A DNA stretch of 64,000 bases from NCBI GenBank assembly GCA_008632985.1, contig QPGO01000032.1:307330-371329 (forward strand), given 5' to 3'. The notes under the pieces were generated by a model. It did not search any database and was not told the DNA's origin. It worked only from the letters and a program-made list of their open reading frames with translations. The translations under genes were made by a program, and so were the position numbers. Each line of letters starts with the position of its first letter. Positions within the stretch are counted from its first letter, which is position 1. Below, piece by piece: positions 60,961 through 64,000 of the stretch. The DNA is from Psammoneis japonica. Lineage: Eukaryota.

Positions 60961-63900
60961 AAGAACAAGTGTTGGCCAGCAACAGAAAAAGCTCCCTCTG
61001 GCAAATTGTCTGCACTCTCAGTTTCCTCCACTGACCCACAGGCACAAACTTCTTGAGCTGCTGATCACAGCTTGGTTGGGTTGGTTTTAGCCACAATTGT
61101 GGAGCGGCAGTCGGCTTGGGTTGTCTTGTGTTGTTTTGGCTCAACATCACCCCAGCCTGACAGCAGAGGCAGACTTGATCTTTCCATCTGGACAATGGCA
61201 GACACCCCAACAAGTCATCAGCTGGGAATTCTGAGGACCAACTCACTGTGACCCAGGGGCAGAATTTAAGAGCATTTGTTGTGGTTGGCTTGGCTCATCC
61301 TCTTGTGTGTTTTTGGCCCAACATTGCCCCAGACCAAGAGCAACAAACAAATCAAACAGTCGTCAGCTGAGAGTTCTGGCTGACTCACTGTGTGACCCAG
61401 AAGCATGCTTTCAAAGTCTGCCCCTTGAGAGAATTCATTGCAGTTGCCTTGGCTCATCTGGAGTTGTTTTTTTTGGCCTGGCATTGCCCCAGGCTGCCAG
61501 CAGATGATTTTCCACCTGGACAACAGATGGGCACCCCAAGTGTGAGGACAAAAAAACCAAACTTTTGTCAGCTGAGGGGTCTGTCCAAATTGCTGCACCC
61601 CTGAGGGTTCCAGCCAATTTGCCAATTTGCTGTGACCCAGGGGTGATGGGCTTTAAGAGCATTCATTGTGACTGCCTTGGTTTGTCCTGTGGTGGTGTTT
61701 TGGCCATGTGATGCCCCAGCCCAGCAGCAGATGCAACAAAACATTCCCCCTTTCAAGTGTTGAACACCTCAAGAAGCAACAAAGTTTGCTGACATGCAGC
61801 AACTGTGTTTGCCTTGTTCTTTCCAACCAAAAAGAACATGCAGTTTTTGGAAAAATGGAGGAATTCAACCACACTTGCAATGTTCTGAAACAATGGCAGA
61901 GATGGGACACCACATTGCATCAACTCAATGCTGAGCTTTGAGACAGACAACCACAGGTTTTGGCCCTCAGAAAGGCTGGGAAGACAGGTGTTGCTTGAGA
62001 GTCATCATCTTTGCACTTGTGCTCTGAGGCACCTTGCTTCAACCTGGATTCTTTCATTCAGTTTGGTCACAAAATGATCCCAAGGTGAGCTTTGCTTGAT
62101 TTTTCTTCTTTCAGGGAATTCCATCAACCACCAACAACTTGCCAATTGGAGCGAGCATGCACCGCGTGATGCCACTCCCCCAAACATCAAGCACACAAAA
62201 AGACAAGTGATCCCATCAACTTCAAATGTTTCAACAGCTTCTTTGTGCAGCTCTTGACCATTTCTTTCTGTGCAAAACACACACAAGCTAACAGCACCTG
62301 TGTCAGCTGGGTTCATTGAGATTGGAGAAGAGGCAAAGTGAGCTCCCCTCCAGAAGTCAGAAAGTCAGCAACAACATCGTCAATTCTGGTGCTCTTTGTG
62401 AACTTTTGGGTGGAGAATGTTCTCCAAGATGAGGCCATTTTAGTTGCCTGTCCTTTGTGATCTGATTTGCCCAAGAGTTGTTGGCACTGCAATTGTGGTG
62501 GTGAAGATGGGGGCAATGTCCCCCCAAAGCCATCGCAGTTCTTGTGCCCATTGGCTGGGAATCATGTGAAGACATGCCAACTTGCTTTTCTGGCTTTTGT
62601 TGTTCCTGCCGGTGATCTGCTCTTGCCTGCTTTCTTTCCAGCCCCTGACTCTTTGATCCTTGCCTTCAACTTCTCAATCTCAGCAAACCTGACTTCTCTG
62701 CCTTTTTGCCAAGCCAGGTGTCTCTTTTGTTCAGCGACCCGTCCAAAGACATTTGCCATCTGGCTCCACTTTTGATCTGGAAGACTTGCATCAAGCTGAG
62801 CCACCTGCTGCAGGTGCAGGTGCAGTTGGGCATCCTTGTCTGAAGCGCCACTCTCCCAGCCTGTGTGCCATCATGAAACACAGTGGCTGATGCCAAGATT
62901 TTGTTTGCCGGTGCTCATTCTCTGGAAAAATGTTCTGCTGGCATCCCTTTCACAGTTTGAGGAGTCTGGTGGGTGAGTCAAGAACCCCCCCCCCCTCTGG
63001 CACTCCAAGGGACAACCAAATGAAGAAAGTTGGCAGCAGTGTGTGCCTCCCGTCTCTCTGGCTCTGACTCTCATCTGGCTGTTGCCCACATGGGGGCAGT
63101 GCTGGCTTGGTGGAGGAGGGTTCCCCCATCTGCAGAGCCTGGGCATGCCCTCTGGTTCTGGTGCCTTTGTCTGTGTCCAGCCGTGTTTGCCTCACACAAA
63201 CAATGCAGGGGTGCCAGGCTGAACTTCGCATTTTTGACAACTCGCCTCCTGTTTGCGCCAGCTGCACATTTTCTGTGGTCACCCACAACATGCACCCTGT
63301 CATCCCTTTGAGCAAACCCACCACAGATCACCTTGTGGCAGCAAGTCAAGAGCTCTGGACAGTGCCAAAATGGGTTGTCATCGCCCTTCACACATGCCAT
63401 GATGCTGAAGATGGGATGTCTTGAGCAGGGAGCACTCTATCTTCCTGCACGTTCCTTGCAACGCATTGAGGGAAGACAAATTAAAATCCTGGTTGGATGC
63501 ACAATTTGTTCAAATGCTCGTCACCCTTGATTTTTGAGAGGTGTCAACACACCCCGCATTGAAAATGTCCATGCAATTGGGCATTCACACATTTGCACAG
63601 ACAAACACAATTTCAAATTGCCAAAATTTTGAACATAAATTTGTGTGTCCTTGAAAACACAATGCTGTGATTTTGACCCAAGAAAAACGAAAAACCATCC
63701 AAAAAGCACAAGACCATCACAATCCAAGAAGCAGCGACACCATGGCCTCAGGATCCGTTGTTTGCCGCAGATCCAGGAAAGCACTGTTTGATTTGCTTCA
63801 GCAAGTTCATTGCATCATTGTCATTGCTGTTGCAGCTGTTGAGTCTAATTCTTTGTGGTGTGCCTTTCATTTGTGCAGAGCAAAGGAGAGAGCACGCGAC

Positions 63901-64000
63901 GGTCAAGAGGCTTCTTTTTCGCGTGGCGTGGCCAACCTCGCTGTCAACAACGTTGCTGCCAACGGGAACACGGGAACCCAAGAAATGGAAGAAGGGGCAA

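Noticed and set aside
45550..64000. Classical fungal RIP
   Set aside because: RIP depletes CpA/TpG and enriches TpA; the pattern here is the opposite.
45550..64000. Alternative genetic code or foreign (viral/HGT) DNA explaining the lack of Tyr
   Set aside because: Depletion is frame- and strand-independent, affects non-coding arrays, and the ORFs are broken transposon relics.

Overview
Eukaryotic genomic DNA with compact genes and short spliceosomal introns. The gene content (bipartite plastid presequence, HA-repeat protein, FkbM/sulfotransferase/GT families, transposon types) suggests a diatom; this is an inference. Two gene-dense tracts (~1-25.7 kb, ~32-45.4 kb) encode an HA-domain protein, VPS52, two divergent small HSPs, a methyltransferase, a USP8/AMSH-MIT protein with a candidate Cys-His-Asp protease domain, an EamA transporter, a double-RING SINA-like ligase, an F-box protein fused to H3-like and H4-like folds, Rab GDI, a Stc1-like Zn protein (GC-AG intron), glycan-modifying enzymes, a lipase, an aldo-keto reductase and a SHPRH-like helicase. 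Many genes carry 1-nt deletions that look like long-read errors. Three sharply bounded blocks (~1.3-2.4, ~25.8-31.9, ~45.6-64 kb) are almost free of TpA and mostly free of CpG, with TG/CA in excess. The largest holds decayed transposons (CRE-like RT; XPG-SWIM-DDE Harbinger/ISL2EU-like element), a foldback and ~180-195 bp tandem arrays. In these transposons expected Tyr residues read as Cys or His, and TpA loss also occurs where CpG is intact. This points to a repeat-targeted TpA->TpG/CpA process opposite in direction to fungal RIP, or to a base-calling artefact of a modified base. Top candidates: this TpA-erasing signature and the F-box-H3-H4 pseudo-histone doublet. All homology calls are by-eye motif recognition; no database searches were run.
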